A model generated the notes under the pieces. It worked only from the letters and a program-made list of their open reading frames with translations. It was not told where the DNA came from and did not search any database. A DNA stretch of 64,000 nt from Azolla caroliniana. Its lineage: Eukaryota > Plantae > Polypodiophyta. The stretch lies in assembly GCA_043228905.1 (NCBI GenBank), contig JBHGNT010000010.1:12462001-12526000 (forward strand). The letters run 5' to 3'. Below are positions 1-12,382 of this stretch, one piece after another (the first letter of the stretch is position 1; each line of letters starts with the position of its first letter). The position numbers and the translations under genes were made by a program.

Positions 1-54
1 ACACATTGCTAACTTGCTTGGAAGGAATGGAACCACTAATGGGCTGTACAGATC

Positions 55-109
55 TAGGGCTGCTGTCCAACCAAATGGCTCCTATTTTGGCTGGACTCAA
101 TCGTTTAAC
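55..109 (-). promoter_or_regulatory. putative -1 ribosomal frameshift signal (G_UUA_AAC plus H-type pseudoknot) at the gag-pol junction
   Basis: Heptamer at 109-103 in gag phase, 6-nt spacer, 11-bp stem GTCCAGCCAAA/TTTGGTTGGAC, loop TAGG(A)GC pairs with downstream GCCCTA; -1 frame open to window edge. Confidence 0.7.
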
Positions 110-1254
110 TCTTCATCTAATTGACTAAGGATTTCAAATTTATTTGAGATACTTGGGCTATTAGTACTATGAATACTATCTGACACTCTATTAGTACTAT
201 TAATACTATCAGACACTCCGAAGGGAAGAATTGACTCGGGTTTAGTACAGGCGACGATTTGATTTACCTGTCTTCTTGGCCTATGGGGACAATTGATGGC
301 GATATGTCCTGGTCCACCGCAATAAAGACATAATCGATTGGCACGTCGTCGTTGCTTTTCTTCTTCCGATAACGGGCCGCGTCGACGCATGGTATCGATC
401 TCCATCGGTGTCGAAGTATTTGCTTGAGGTATGTCTCGTGCAAACGGTTTAGCCGCGACTGCGGCATAAGTGGGCTCTGGCCTAGAGCGTGGTATCTGTA
501 ATTGACGTTCTGAACGCCGTTCAAAAAGGCGGTTGTCACATCGAACTGCTCGACTGATTGCCTCCGTAAGAGACTTTGGTTCTTCGGGGAAAGTTAGAAC
601 TAGATCTTTGACATCGTTTCGCAAGCCATAGCGAAACTGCTCCATTAGTGCTTGATCATCCCAGGGTATATCTGAAGCAAGTAGGCGGAAATCCGCCGCG
701 TAGGCAGAGGCTGGACGATCGCCTTGACGCAATCGCCGGATCTTGTTGATCGCCGTCCTGATGCTGTCGGTGTCTCCAAAGCAGGCTTTAAACTCACCAA
801 TAAAATCTTCAAAGTTATTAAGTAAGGGTGATTGTTTTTCTAGAAGCGGAGCAAACCATGCCAAGGCTGAGCCGCTAAGTAGCGTGCCTATTAGGCCGAC
901 TCGAGATGCATCAGTGGGATATCGGGAAGGATGCATCTGGATGACTAAGCGTACCTAATTAAGGAATCCCCGGAATTGCGAACGCGTTCCATCAAATTTC
1001 ACAGGAAGTCCAATCTTGGGCTCTTTATGAAATCCTTGGGGACTGGATCCTTGTTGTTGCAACGCTGCTTCGAGTTGTTGTACCCGTAACGCTAACTCCC
1101 CATGTTGTTGTTGCGTTTGTTGTTTTTCTAGAGCGATTTGTTGCAGATCCCCTATCAGCCGTTGGTTTTCTTGTTCCAGGGCAACAAACTTTTCTTTTAG
1201 GCACTGTAGCTCGGAGAAAACGGATTGGTATTCTTGGGCGCTAACAGTAGCCAT
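97..1254 (-). pseudogene. gag: gypsy Gag (386 codons incl. stop) interrupted by one in-frame TAG
   Basis: ORFs 955-1254 and 97-936 are in one frame (..RGFLN*VRLVIQMHP..), TAG at 955-957 probably from CAG; motifs LRQGDRPASAYAADF, FRYGL, PMEID, CLYCGGPGHIAINC. Confidence 0.88.
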
Positions 1255-1308
1255 AGTATAGGGAAAAGGGTAGGAGGATGAGGGAGAGTGACAAGTAGGC
1301 TAGAGGAG

Positions 1309-1321
1309 CAAATTGGTTCAA
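1309..1321 (-). promoter_or_regulatory. self-priming primer-binding site
   Basis: TTGAACCAATTTG (minus), 2 nt after LTR end, is perfectly complementary to CAAATTGGTTCAA at 1554-1542, about 32 nt downstream of the LTR TATA. Confidence 0.75.
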
Positions 1322-1323
1322 AC

Positions 1324-1764
1324 TGTCATGAATAGTACTAAAACAGAGATGGAATTAGTACTGAGAACAACAGTACTATTAGTACTAAGAGGACGGGACT
1401 GCGTAAGATTCCCGAGAGAGGAAGTGAGAAGAGGAGAGAGAGAGAGATAGCGAGAATGAGAGAGAGAGAGAGAGATGATGACAGCAGCTATATATTATGT
1501 GAAAAGATAAGTACAAGCGGCTAAGAGGCTTAAGACTGGCGTTGAACCAATTTGGTTCAAAACAATGCCTTGTGCCTCCTTTTATAGTGTTTTTAGGAAT
1601 AATCCTGAAGCTTCTAGAATGTTCCAGAGAGATCTGGAATATACATCAATTTTCTATGATAAAGTATAAATGAAAATAATATCCTACAAAATACAATTCA
1701 TAATCTAATGGTAAGAGCTCGACCCATGTAGCATAAAGTCATGGGTTCGAGTCTTGCCATGACA
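1324..1764 (-). repeat. 5' LTR of the Tcn1-like gypsy (441 bp)
   Basis: 7-bp terminal inverted repeats TGTCATG/CATGACA; TATAAAA on minus strand at 1586-1580; internal (GA)n tract. Confidence 0.85.
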
Positions 1765-2226
1765 GCTGCTCATGAGTATCATTGCTCTGAGTTCATCCTC
1801 GATTGCCGTCCCCTGTGACGAGATTTGGGAGCTTATGCTTTCGTACTCATTGAGATGTGCTTGAACCGAATCGGATTCTTTCATCCGCAAGTTGTAGAGG
1901 CGCCGGATCAGAAACATCTTCGTTGCAGCGACCTTCTTTTCGTAGGTGTCCGACAGTGTTTTCCACAGTTCGAATGCTGTCGTACACGATTGCACCGTAA
2001 AGTATACCGATTCCGATAGGTGCATCCGAATCGTGGCGCGGACGATTCTGTCCAGCTTCTGCCACTCAATTGGTTTGTATCCTTCTGGAGGTTCTTCATT
2101 TTCGATGGGATCGATTTGCCCCTTGACTATGAGATAGTCCTGCATTTGCTCCTTCCAGAAGTTGAAGTTCGATCCATCGAACTTTCGTAGACTCATTTCT
2201 GACGAGCCGGATGTTGATGCCATCAA
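1765..2226 (-). pseudogene. gag: copia Gag N-terminus, truncated by gypsy insertion
   Basis: KFDGSNFNFWKEQMQDYL, TAFELWKTL, RRLYNLRMKESDSVQAHL; after LMSS the ORF reads into the gypsy LTR. Confidence 0.88.
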
Positions 2227-3023
2227 ATTTGGTTTTGGTTGACGAAGCTCGGTTCGGAGTTGACTACGAACCTTGTTGGAGTGCAGCCGGTTGGCTCACC
2301 CGGTATCGTTCTAGTCGGATTTGAACCCGAGTCGGTTCGGCTTCGGATATATGTATTGTTGAACTTGCTCGAATTGACTCCGGTAACTTGAGGGACAGAA
2401 CCGACTGGTCTTCCCGAATGTTGCCGAGTCGGAGTGAGCCCGGTTCGCTTCCGAATATATATGCCAAATACCGATTATTGAATCCGATTGTCTGGACCGA
2501 TTCTGCTTCGGGTGACTGCAGCGACGAGAGAGACGGATCCAACTGATCCTCTCGAATGTCGATCAGCCGGATGAAGCACGAATTGGGGTTGTTGTCTTGA
2601 GACCGATCTGCACCGAGTGGTTACAATGAGCGGCGAGCAGCGTTTGATGACCTCTTCGGATGCCGTTTAACCGAGTGGAGCACGATCGTGTCAATGTTGC
2701 ACAAGGGGATTTCACCTCGAGCGGTTACGATCACAAGAAACAGAGTACAACCGGCTGGCTTACTCCAAGCGAAGATGATCTAACGCGATGAGATGCAAGC
2801 CTCGTTTTTTTCTTCTTCTTCTTCTTCTCTCTTCTTCGAATGACGCAGGAAACCGAATGCTGTGCAGGCTGAGACGACGTCCGACAGCGGATTGAAGGAC
2901 CGAATACTGTGCAGGCTCTGATACCAGATGTTGGAGACAAGGTCGTCTATGCGGAAGATCAAGAAGCATTCGATTCTGTTCTGTACCTGCGTATGACAGT
3001 TTCTAGGTCGTTTGCACAGAGAT

Positions 3024-3054
<31 letters not shown>

Positions 3055-3401
3055 CAAAACGACTCTTACTATTCCATAAAGCAATAATACAACCCAAAAA
3101 ATTTTACAAAAAGGTTACAAGGTCACTATATATAGTGACAGACTTAGGGCATCTACCATTTATGCTAATTACACAAATGGCCCAAACTTGATCTATACAA
3201 AGGGATAGTGTGAATACGTCCATTATACACTTGTATTCGACACGCTCGATGCCAGCTGCCTGGGTCTCCGGATAAGACGTGGTGTTTCTGTCCCGTAATG
3301 ATTTGCGGACGCTTGTTCGGGGTACCACTCCCCAAGCACGTTCGGTGAGGAGCCTCTGGACTTCGATCGATCAAGTGCCACCTGCACTTGATTCTCCAAC
3401 A
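1765..3401 (-). mobile_element. Ty1/copia LTR retrotransposon, 5' part (LTR, PBS, leader, N-terminal gag), interrupted by the gypsy
   Basis: LTR 2929-3401 with 9-bp inverted ends TGTTGGAGA/TCTCCAACA; PBS TGGTATCAGAGCC (tRNA-iMet type) at 2926-2914; gag below. Confidence 0.9.
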
Positions 3402-3800
3402 TCCGGAGTTTCGGGCAGCGGTGTCCGAAACCTGCTGGTCTCTGTCCGCAACCTCGATCGCTAGGTGTGATCTCTTACGGTGGGTTGGATTCCCCATATC
3501 TGAACCAAACGATCATTCACAAAATTGTGTGAGCTTCCCGAATCAAATAAAAATTGTACGGGAGATCCATTGATATACCCGTTTGCACGTAGTAAATCAT
3601 TGGGACCCAATACATAGTGAGGGAAAGAGCATTGACAATTAGTTAAATGATGTGTATAGACCTGAAGGACATTAGGAATCTGACCTTTATGGTCTGTAGC
3701 TTTAGCTTTGTTGTCGTGCTCTTTCCGTTGGAGCTTTCGACATTGATCTTTTGTATGACCCTTCTTTTTGCAGAATACACAAAAAGGATGTTGTCGCTTA
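3402..3800 (-). mobile_element. older Ty3/gypsy fragment: gag zinc knuckle in frame with aspartic protease (not in ORF track)
   Basis: Manual translation: CVFCKKKGHTKDQC (3781-3740) continuing to GYINGSPVQFLFDSGSSHNFV (catalytic Asp 3544-3542), then stop/frameshift and IEVAD; cut at 3401 by the copia LTR; upstream boundary not determined. Confidence 0.8.
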
Positions 3801-5881
3801 CAATCGCGATCCAGGAAGCCCCTAAACCCTATATTGAAAGTACATATACATATTATTCGTATAAGATATTCTCAATAGTAAGATCCGTAATCGTGGTCAA
3901 CACCTAATCGTAGTTTATTGTCATGGATCTAATCAAGTTCTAATTATTTAATATGAAGACTACCCAACTGCCCAACCAAGATCAAGACCATCTGTCATGT
4001 GGTCACATCGATTATGTAAATCCTTAGGGTTAAGTATGTAGTCACACACAGTCTCTGTTGCGTCTTACTCTAAAGATAACAACGGGTCTATGGGGTTCCA
4101 TTTTGCCCCATGTCAAGCAAAAGTTAGTTTTATACATCTTGCTAGATTCATCCTTTTGGAGTTGGAAGTATGAAATGGAAACCAGAAGCAGAAGCAGAAA
4201 CTTAAATAGAAATCGACAATTTTGGTGAGACCGTAGATGTAAATGGCAAGGACTATGAACCAGTGTAGGCATAATGAAGAACAAGAAGCATCATTGTATA
4301 TATAAGTCGTCAAATGGTGATATTTATCATCCATGTCCATCAAACTTGGAAATCTAGCAAATGACCGTAGACGAAACTAATGAAAAAGCCATATTACTTC
4401 TTTATACGTACCTTTGAGTGTTACGACGTTAAGTTTAGTTGGGCATGGATGAACAGAAGACAAAAATACACAAGTGACAACAGCCAAGATTTCGATGGAT
4501 ATTTGAACAAAGTAAAAGACAATGCATTTCCAGTAAAGAAATACTAATTTGATTTTTTGTTTGGAATCGTCTCTTTCATATTTTATACCTTTAGCTGGAA
4601 TATTTTAAAGCTTGCATAATACTTGGCATCATTTTTGGAACTCTTTTCTGTTTTTTCTTTTTTTAAACAGGAAAAGAATTCTGAACTGTTAACATATATT
4701 TTAATGCTTTATTTTTAACTCTGACTGTGTATACTCTTTGTATATTCTTATATCTCTAGCATCACATGAAATAGTAAATTGGTTGTTATAATCTGGGCTA
4801 TACTCACCCTGACATATAAAGAGCCGAATATAAGACATAATGTAGTTATTGTTTCCAACACTGATTATAAGAAGCAAGTAAGGTTTTCAACTTTCCATGG
4901 ACATTTATTGTGTCTCTATGTTTAGCCAAAAACTTCCTATAGATGTGGTTTTTGCTTGGTGCAGACTAGTGAATAACAGGATATATGCATTCGTTGCTCA
5001 CTAATGGGTTTCCCAGTTTATTCATGGCATGTTCTCATTTATATCCATATTTGGAACTGAGACAAATGTGCACAGGACTTAACTGACATATATATATTTT
5101 CTGAGTAGTTATAAGCTTATGTTGTGAGAGCCTATATCTTTCTTTGTTCTTTTTGTTTTAACTAATTACTAATTTATAGGCTGTCAACATTGTTCAATAA
5201 TCACTTATAAATCTTAAATATATTTTGGAGATATAGATATGTATATTAGGTTTTCCAGTGCTATTCAGAGTGCAAAATTCCAGTCATACAGGCATTGATA
5301 TCAAGATCATGTATTTTTATGAAAATCTTCGTTGTACCAAAATAACTATATTCGTTGACACTCTACAACATGGAAGTCTTACAATAATATTTGATCTTTC
5401 AAAAGAAATCACTGGCGAAAACACAGATGAGAAATAGAAGAGAATGATAACAATGAAGGGAATTTAATATATATTCCCATATTTGTATTTGATCTTGTGT
5501 ATATTCTGGATTTTCTAAATTTGTGTTCTGATTCATATTTATTTCTTTACTTTGTACCAACATTAATCATTGGAAGATTTCTTGTGTTTTTGCATGAGTT
5601 GGGGATGTGATTGACTATAAAGATTTTATATTTGAATATTTGCAAAGTACTTCTTTCATTAATCATAAACGTGTGTACTTATTAAAGATATTTATTATTT
5701 GATTTTAATTTATTGACAACCTTAAAATTCCTGATGCGTAGTTTGCATTTCTGTTGGCGAAATATTTCTTTTTACCGTTTTATTTTCATTAAACATTACA
5801 ATATTTTTTTACTGTGGAGTTAAATTTTCTCAGAGAGACACTCTTCATTTATATATCCTATGGCTCATGGTATTATTTCAG

Positions 5882-6124
5882 CTACGAGATCTTGAGAGGG
5901 GAGTTGATATTTTGGTTGCAACACCCGGACGCTTATCTGACCTGTTGGAGATGGCTAGAGTATCTCTATCTCAAGTACGCTACTTGGCCTTGGATGAAGC
6001 TGATCGGATGCTTGACATGGGATTTGAGCCACAGATCCACAGGATTGTGGAGCAGATGGATATGCCACGAGCAGGGGAGAGGCAAACTATGTTATTTAGT
6101 GCAACCTTTCCAAGAGAAATTCAG
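5882..6124 (+). CDS. DDX3/DED1-type DEAD-box RNA helicase (RH11/RH37/RH52-like), internal exon with motifs Ib, II, III
   Basis: tttcag|CTA...CAG|gtaata; [49 protein letters not shown]; 243 bp, phase 0; earlier exons not found in the window. Confidence 0.93.
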
Positions 6125-7343
6125 GTAATACAACATGCATGTGCTGTTAAGGTAATAATCTTTTTCTTGGGTTTTCTTGAAAGTAATTAAAATGAGGTGG
6201 TGTCAATGCTTTGCAGAGGTCTTGAGTCAACATAAATGCAGTAAAGTATTTGTGTTTACTAGAGTATCTCATTCGTTGTAGGTAGGGTAAAACACCATGA
6301 TTGTACAGTGTATCAATTTGTTCTCATGTCAATTGTATCTATTTTCAAGAAGATCTTAGAGTTTACATTACACAGGATTTACCATTTGCTGTGAGAATCT
6401 CTATGGAGTTGAGGGCTTCTTTTGTGGGTGCTGGATAGAGAAAAGGGTCTGACGTTTGACAAGACTTGAACAATAAGAGTGAGGAATGAGGTCCTTTTTC
6501 TGTTTATGAGGAAGTAAACTAGCATCAACCGGCTGAAAAATACAGAATGCCAGCTAGGATAAAAGAAACTCTGTTTCTTTCTAAATCCACAAAACAAATT
6601 TATGAAATCTGATCTTATGGAAGTTCCATCTCTTGATTATAGGCATTTTGCTAACAGATCCTCAATTGTAGTATGGGAACTCGTGGCTCACATTAGCTAG
6701 ACTGTCTATTACATTAATTACTCTAGGGCTCTTGATTCACGAGTCATCATGTCTATAGCATTAGTGTCCTTGATATTTAGCGTCGTGATGTGGGTGTTTT
6801 GCTGTACCCTAGAACATTCTGCCTCATGAATCTTTCACAGTTTTTTGCTATCTTTCATCTAGATTCTATCAGAAAAGCTACTCATATGATACAAGATTAG
6901 AAAGAGATATCTGTTTCTTTGTGTGTGGATCTGAATTATGAATATTTATGTGATCTAATGAAGTTAATTTATTTTTATTAGCATAAATGTTTGTGAGAAA
7001 GAAAAATGTCAGGAAACTGATACCGTTCTTCTTTACATAGAATGACAATGACATTCTAGGTCCAGAAAGGTAATCCCATTGTGCAAGATATAAGAACATC
7101 TGCTTGTCTTTGAGTAATGTATCCAAATTGTGAATACCTAGGCTTATCTCATTGAGTTTAATTGTGTTTAGAATTTATTTTACGAATCTTGAATGTGCAC
7201 TTTTTTAATTTTCATGTGGTAAAATATCTACCCTCGACATGGAACTATCCACCCGCTTGGAGAAGTCTAGATATTTTTAGTGTATCAACAGTTTTGATCT
7301 GAAAAAAGAAGTCAAAGATTGAAGCATTAATTAGGTCATGTTT

Positions 7344-7717
7344 TGTTGAGAAGCAAGCTCAACATGGGCCGGATCGGGTGAAGACCGAATCGGCTAGGCC
7401 CGGATCAGATCGGTGAGCTGGTAGGCCATTAGAGGCCTACAATCCTAGCCTAGTAGATAGTTTGGGAGTTAATGTCTGTCGCTCAGTTATGAGCATTGAA
7501 GTACATGTCGGTCCTTTTAAGGACTTGTATAAAAGTTGTCATTGAGCACATTTGTATGTACAGAGTGTTATTTTGAATTTGAGTTTTACTGTTCTGCTCT
7601 CTCTGTCTCGCTTGTGTACTCTCTCTCTCTCTCCATTGTTCTTAGTGTTTATCGTTCTCTGTTACTGTCCGGCTGAGCCGATTGTGTCTGTTTAACTTCC
7701 GCACACTAATCTTTACA
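7344..7717 (+). repeat. copia 5' LTR (374 bp)
   Basis: TGTTGAGAAG...CTTTACA, followed by PBS. Confidence 0.92.
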
Positions 7718-10700
7718 TGGTATCAGAGTGCGAGGGTTGAGAATCCTTTGTTGCCGACAAACGCTCAAACACAGACAAACCCTAACACCCGGTTGAGAAC
7801 AGACAAGAAGAAGAAAATGGACAGAAGCATGGCAAGCTCACTTCAACGGAAAAGCTTGACAGGAGCAACTATGCGTCTTGGTCCTACAAGATGCACCAAT
7901 ACTTGCTAAGGCACGACTACTGGAGTTATGTGGAAGGAGTGAACGAAGTAGTGCCGGGTTCAACACACAAGGATTTTCCAGTGTGGCAGCAAGCAGCAAG
8001 CCGAGTCTTGTACTGCCTTGCATCCTGTGTGCACACGCAGATGCTCGGCTACATTCGGGATGCGAGGACGCCAAAGGAGGCTCGGGAAAATCTAAAAAAG
8101 ATTTTTGCCGCAAGTACAACGGCCCGGAAGTTGCAGCTCCGGCAAGAGCTCAACAATATTCGACAAAGGGATATGACGGTGACCGACTACACCACAAAGA
8201 TCAAGGAGATTTGTGACGCCTTGGGGTCCATCAACATGACGGTGGACGAAGATGAAATGGTGCAGATCTGCCTTGGTGGCCTAGGGCAAAGGTACGGGCT
8301 GATCCAGACGGCGATTTGGAGAAGCCACTGTCGTTTTTTGACCTACAATCAATGCATTTGGTTGAAGAAAACCACGCGGGTGCATCAAGGAGCACACAAT
8401 CCGACAACTGGTGCTGTACACGGAGGTAGATAGGCCCGGTGGACGAGGTGGATTTGCACGCAATGGTGGCGGCCAACAAGAGCAGGAAAGAAGGCACGTA
8501 GGTGGTGCCGACAACAGTTATGAACCCTCCACAAGCAGGGGGGGTCAAAGGGGCGCCAGAACCGGCAAGCAAAGGCCGAAACGGAATGCTAGTATTGTTG
8601 TTGGAAGGGCCATAGAGAGAGTGAGTGCTGGCAGAAGTGCGCCGATTTGGACAAATCCGGATCCGGCAGAGCCGAACATGGAAATTGACAACGTTCACAA
8701 TATGCCGAAGGGTCGGAAGGAGCCAAAACTAAAAAGGGCCCAACCTTTGTGATGAAGCACAAGGCAAGTTCGATGAAGAAGAGCACCTTGAAACCGAATG
8801 AGGTGTGGTATGTCGACTCTGGAGCGTCAAATCATATGACGAGCCACACAGTGGTTCTCCTACCTGGAGAAACAGAACAACTGGGAGTCGTCAAAATCAG
8901 AGACGACACCTTGCATCTGATCGAACATGTTGGATAGAAGCGAAGACTTATGAACTTATTGCACGTTCTGACAATAACGAAAAACTTGTTGTCGTTCGGG
9001 CAGATCGTTGATCAAGGGATTTAAATCCGGTTCACCCACCTAGGGTGCTTCATCAAAGAGGAAGGCCAAATCATCGCGCAAGGGTGCCGGGAAGGGAGGA
9101 TGTTCATCCTCGACCCAAATGGCGCAGGCACTGCACTGTTCGCCAAAGGACAAAGAGTCGAGTCGGACATTGACTTATGGCATAAGCGGATCGGCCACGT
9201 CAACTATCAAAGGCTTCAAGAGCTGTAAACGATCAAGTAGTTTTCGGATTGCTGAAATTTAGTGGTCAGAAGGCTTCCCCAACGAGTGAAATCGGAGCCG
9301 GAATAAGCTCGACTTAATACACTGGGAAATATGGGGACCGACAAATAATGTGAGCCTAGGCGGGAGTCAATACTTCGTCTCTTTCATCGACGACTATATA
9401 GCCGGCACACTTGGATCTACTTGATCGAAAAGAAGAGTGAAGACTTCGACTATTTCTAGAACCTAAAAAGTCTGGTAGAAAAGGAAATAGAAAGAAAGAT
9501 CAAGTGCTTGCAGTCAGACGACGCAAAAGAATACTTTTCCGCCAGTTCAATTGTTATCTACAACAGATGGGAATTCGGCGAGAATTCAGCTGTAGACATA
9601 AACGCCGGAGCAGAATGACGTAGATGAATGACGTATCGGTCGATTGTCGAAGCAACACGGGCAATGCTTGAGGAGAAGACCATGCCCAAGTTTTACTGGG
9701 CCGAGGCGGTTCGAACAACGGTCTACATCTAGAATCAGATCGATATGGGAGAATCCCACACCAACTGGAGCGAAGACCGACCTCAAGAGTTGAGGTCGGA
9801 TGCAGCCAAGAGGGCCCTAAAATAGGCAAATGAGAAGCTTCGTTGATCGACTCGCCACAAGAGGTAGTTGATCCAGTATGGTTATAACGAGTACATGGCG
9901 CACCATTATGCGTACATGACGAAGGTGGCGGAAGTCCGCGAGTCGGAGAGCTAAGCGGAGGCATCACAGGATGCTAAATGGCGTTTTCCCATTGAGGAAG
10001 AAATGCGGGCACTTGATTCCAACGAGACATGGGACTTAGTTGACCCTCCTCGAAACTGTAAACCGATTGGATGTAAGTGGGTGTATAAGGTGAAATACAA
10101 TGCCGACGGTTCGGTCAACCAGTACAAGGCCCAACTGGTGGCCAAGGGATATGCACAGACCCACAGAATTGACTACGATGAGACCTTCGCACCGGCAGCG
10201 AAGATGACAATGTCATCGGTTCATGTGGTGCTGGCAATTGCAACGGCAAGGGGGTGGCATCTCCACTAGATGGACATGAACATGTTTCTTCAAGGTGATC
10301 TTGAAGAACAAGTCGGCAGTATGTAGACTGAAGAAGTCGCTTTACGGCCGTAAGCAAGCCCCCTGTGCTTGGAACTCGAACATCACGCATTGATTGCGTA
10401 AGATGGGGTTTGCAGCCTCCAAGTCTGACTCTTCATTGATCATTTCAGAAAAGTCCGAAAGGTCCGGTATGCATTGTACTGTACGTCGACGACTTGGTCG
10501 TCACCGGACCCGACTTTGCTGAAATTGGCCAAGTAAAGTCCCAGCTGTCAGACGCATTCGAGATGAAGGACTTGGGGGACCTTCACTACTTTCTCGGGAT
10601 CGAAGTGATCCACACCCCCGATGACATATTATTGTCTCAACGACATTATGTATTGAATATGCTGTAGAAGTTCGGTATGACGGATTGTCGATACGTCTCT

Positions 10701-11882
10701 ACTCCCTTCAACAAAAACCTGAAGCTACGTCCCGAGTCAGGAACGGCCTACAATGATCAATGGTTCCGACAAATTGTTGGAAGCCTTATATATTTAACTA
10801 TCACCCGACCTGACCTTCGCTATTTGGTCGGAGTGATGAGTCAGTTGATGCAGCGACCGACAACTGAGCAATATGTTAGCGGCACGGAGGATCGGGGAAT
10901 ATTGTATCGACACGGTATAGCCGAATAGTTAGTCGGCTATATGGATGCCGACTGGGCCGGAAGCACCGAAGCTAAATATTGAGGAGCCACCGTCGCGACT
11001 TGTGAAGCTATATGGCTTCGGCGGTTGTTGCAGGACTTACGGATCGAAGTTCCCACTTCAATCCCGATCTACTGCGACAACATTAGCAGCATACAGCTAG
11101 CCAAGAACCCCGTGTTCCATGCTCGGACAAAGCACATAGAAGTGCATGATCACTTTGTGCGCGAGTGGGTCTTGAGCGGTGAAGTTTAACTCCGATATGT
11201 TCGATCCGATCGGCAGGTTGCCGACATCTTCACCAAAGCGCTCGGATCGGACAAGTTGCAACACTTCTTGGAGATGCTTGGGCTATAACATCTCAATGTG
11301 CCGCACAGGTAGAGAAAAATGGAGAGAGCAACGAGAGAAAGTTGAAACTGAACAAGATGCCGAATCGATTGAAGAAGTCGACACATCCGCTAGAGTTGGA
11401 ACAAGCGGCAAAGGCGGCAGAGTCAAGAAGGACAGAGCCGACCAGAAGAAAGAGGTTGGGACCAGAAAATGGTCGGATGTGGTCAAGGGCTTGCAGACGG
11501 ATGACGAATTGGAGACAGCTGAGTCGGTCGAGTGGTTCGATTCGGACGAGCCGAATCAAGTGAAAGCCAAGCGGACAGGAAGGCAGCCGAAGCCGACACC
11601 GAAACGAAGGATTCGACGGGTCGAGAAGCGCGAATACCGCGACAACGATGGAGTTGAGATGGGCCTGATGAGCAGACAAGCCGACTGTAGGGGTCGAGAT
11701 GCGGGGGTTGGATGGATCAAGATGCATGGAGTTGGATGGGTCAAGAAGCGTTGGATTGGAGGGGTTGTGGAATGCAGGACCGAACCGGATGAGGGGTGCG
11801 AGCAAGGTGAAAAGACGCTAGGAGAAGCCGAGGCAAGGAACTGGCAGATCAGATGGAATCTCAGTTTGAGCTTGAGGGGGAG

Positions 11883-12321
11883 TGTTGAGAAGCAAGCTCA
11901 ACATGGGCCGATGGGCCGAATCGGCTGAACAAGCCGAGAGCTAGATTGGGTGAAGACCGAATCGGCTAGGCCTAGATCGGATCGGTGAGTCGGATCCATG
12001 AGAGCCGGTAGGCCGTTAGAGGCCTACAATCCTAGCCTAGTAGATAGGCATATTTTTTGGAAGTTAGTGTATGTCGCTTAGTTATGAGCATTGAAGTACA
12101 TGTTAGTACTTCTGTCAGTCCTTTTGAGGACTTGTATAAAAGTGCTCTCGGAGCACATTTGTATGTATAGAGTGTTATTTGAATTTGAGTTTTATTGTTC
12201 TGCTCTCTCTGTCTCTCCTGTGTACTCTCTCTCTCTCCATTGTTCTTAGTGTTTACCGTTCTCTGTTACTGTCCGGCTGAGCCGGTTGTGTCTATTTAAC
12301 TTCCACACACTAATCTTTACA
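11883..12321 (+). repeat. copia 3' LTR (439 bp)
   Basis: Preceded by GAGGGGGAG purine tract; same ends as the 5' LTR, several indels. Confidence 0.92.
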
Positions 12322-12382
12322 TGTTTGCAATAAAAAACCACCAACATCATGGAGTGAGAGATTTAGTGATTTGTTTTGGCAG

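Larger units (their letters stand above)
1..1764 (-). mobile_element. Ty3/gypsy LTR retrotransposon, Tcn1/Tf1-sushi-like (5' LTR, gag, start of pol; continues left of window)
   Basis: LTR 1324-1764 with TGTCATG...CATGACA ends; gag with retrotransposon capsid motif and CCHC knuckle; non-tRNA PBS; LTR begins exactly where the copia gag is cut. Confidence 0.9.
7344..12321 (+). mobile_element. full-length but degenerate Ty1/copia element in the helicase intron
   Basis: Two LTRs (TG...CA); TSD TGTTT at 7339-7343 and 12322-12326; PBS TGGTATCAGAG 7718-7728; PPT before 11883; order gag, protease (WYVDSGASNHM), LWHKRIGH, integrase, RT (TWDLVDPP, CKWVYKVK), RNase H (ARTKHIEV), many stops/frameshifts. 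Confidence 0.95.

Noticed and set aside
955-957. Programmed readthrough of the TAG within gypsy gag
   Set aside because: It lies inside the capsid region where CAG is expected; a single C>T mutation is simpler
3792-4050. Possible additional solo LTR (TG...CA) upstream of the old gypsy fragment
   Set aside because: No TSD or convincing inverted ends found
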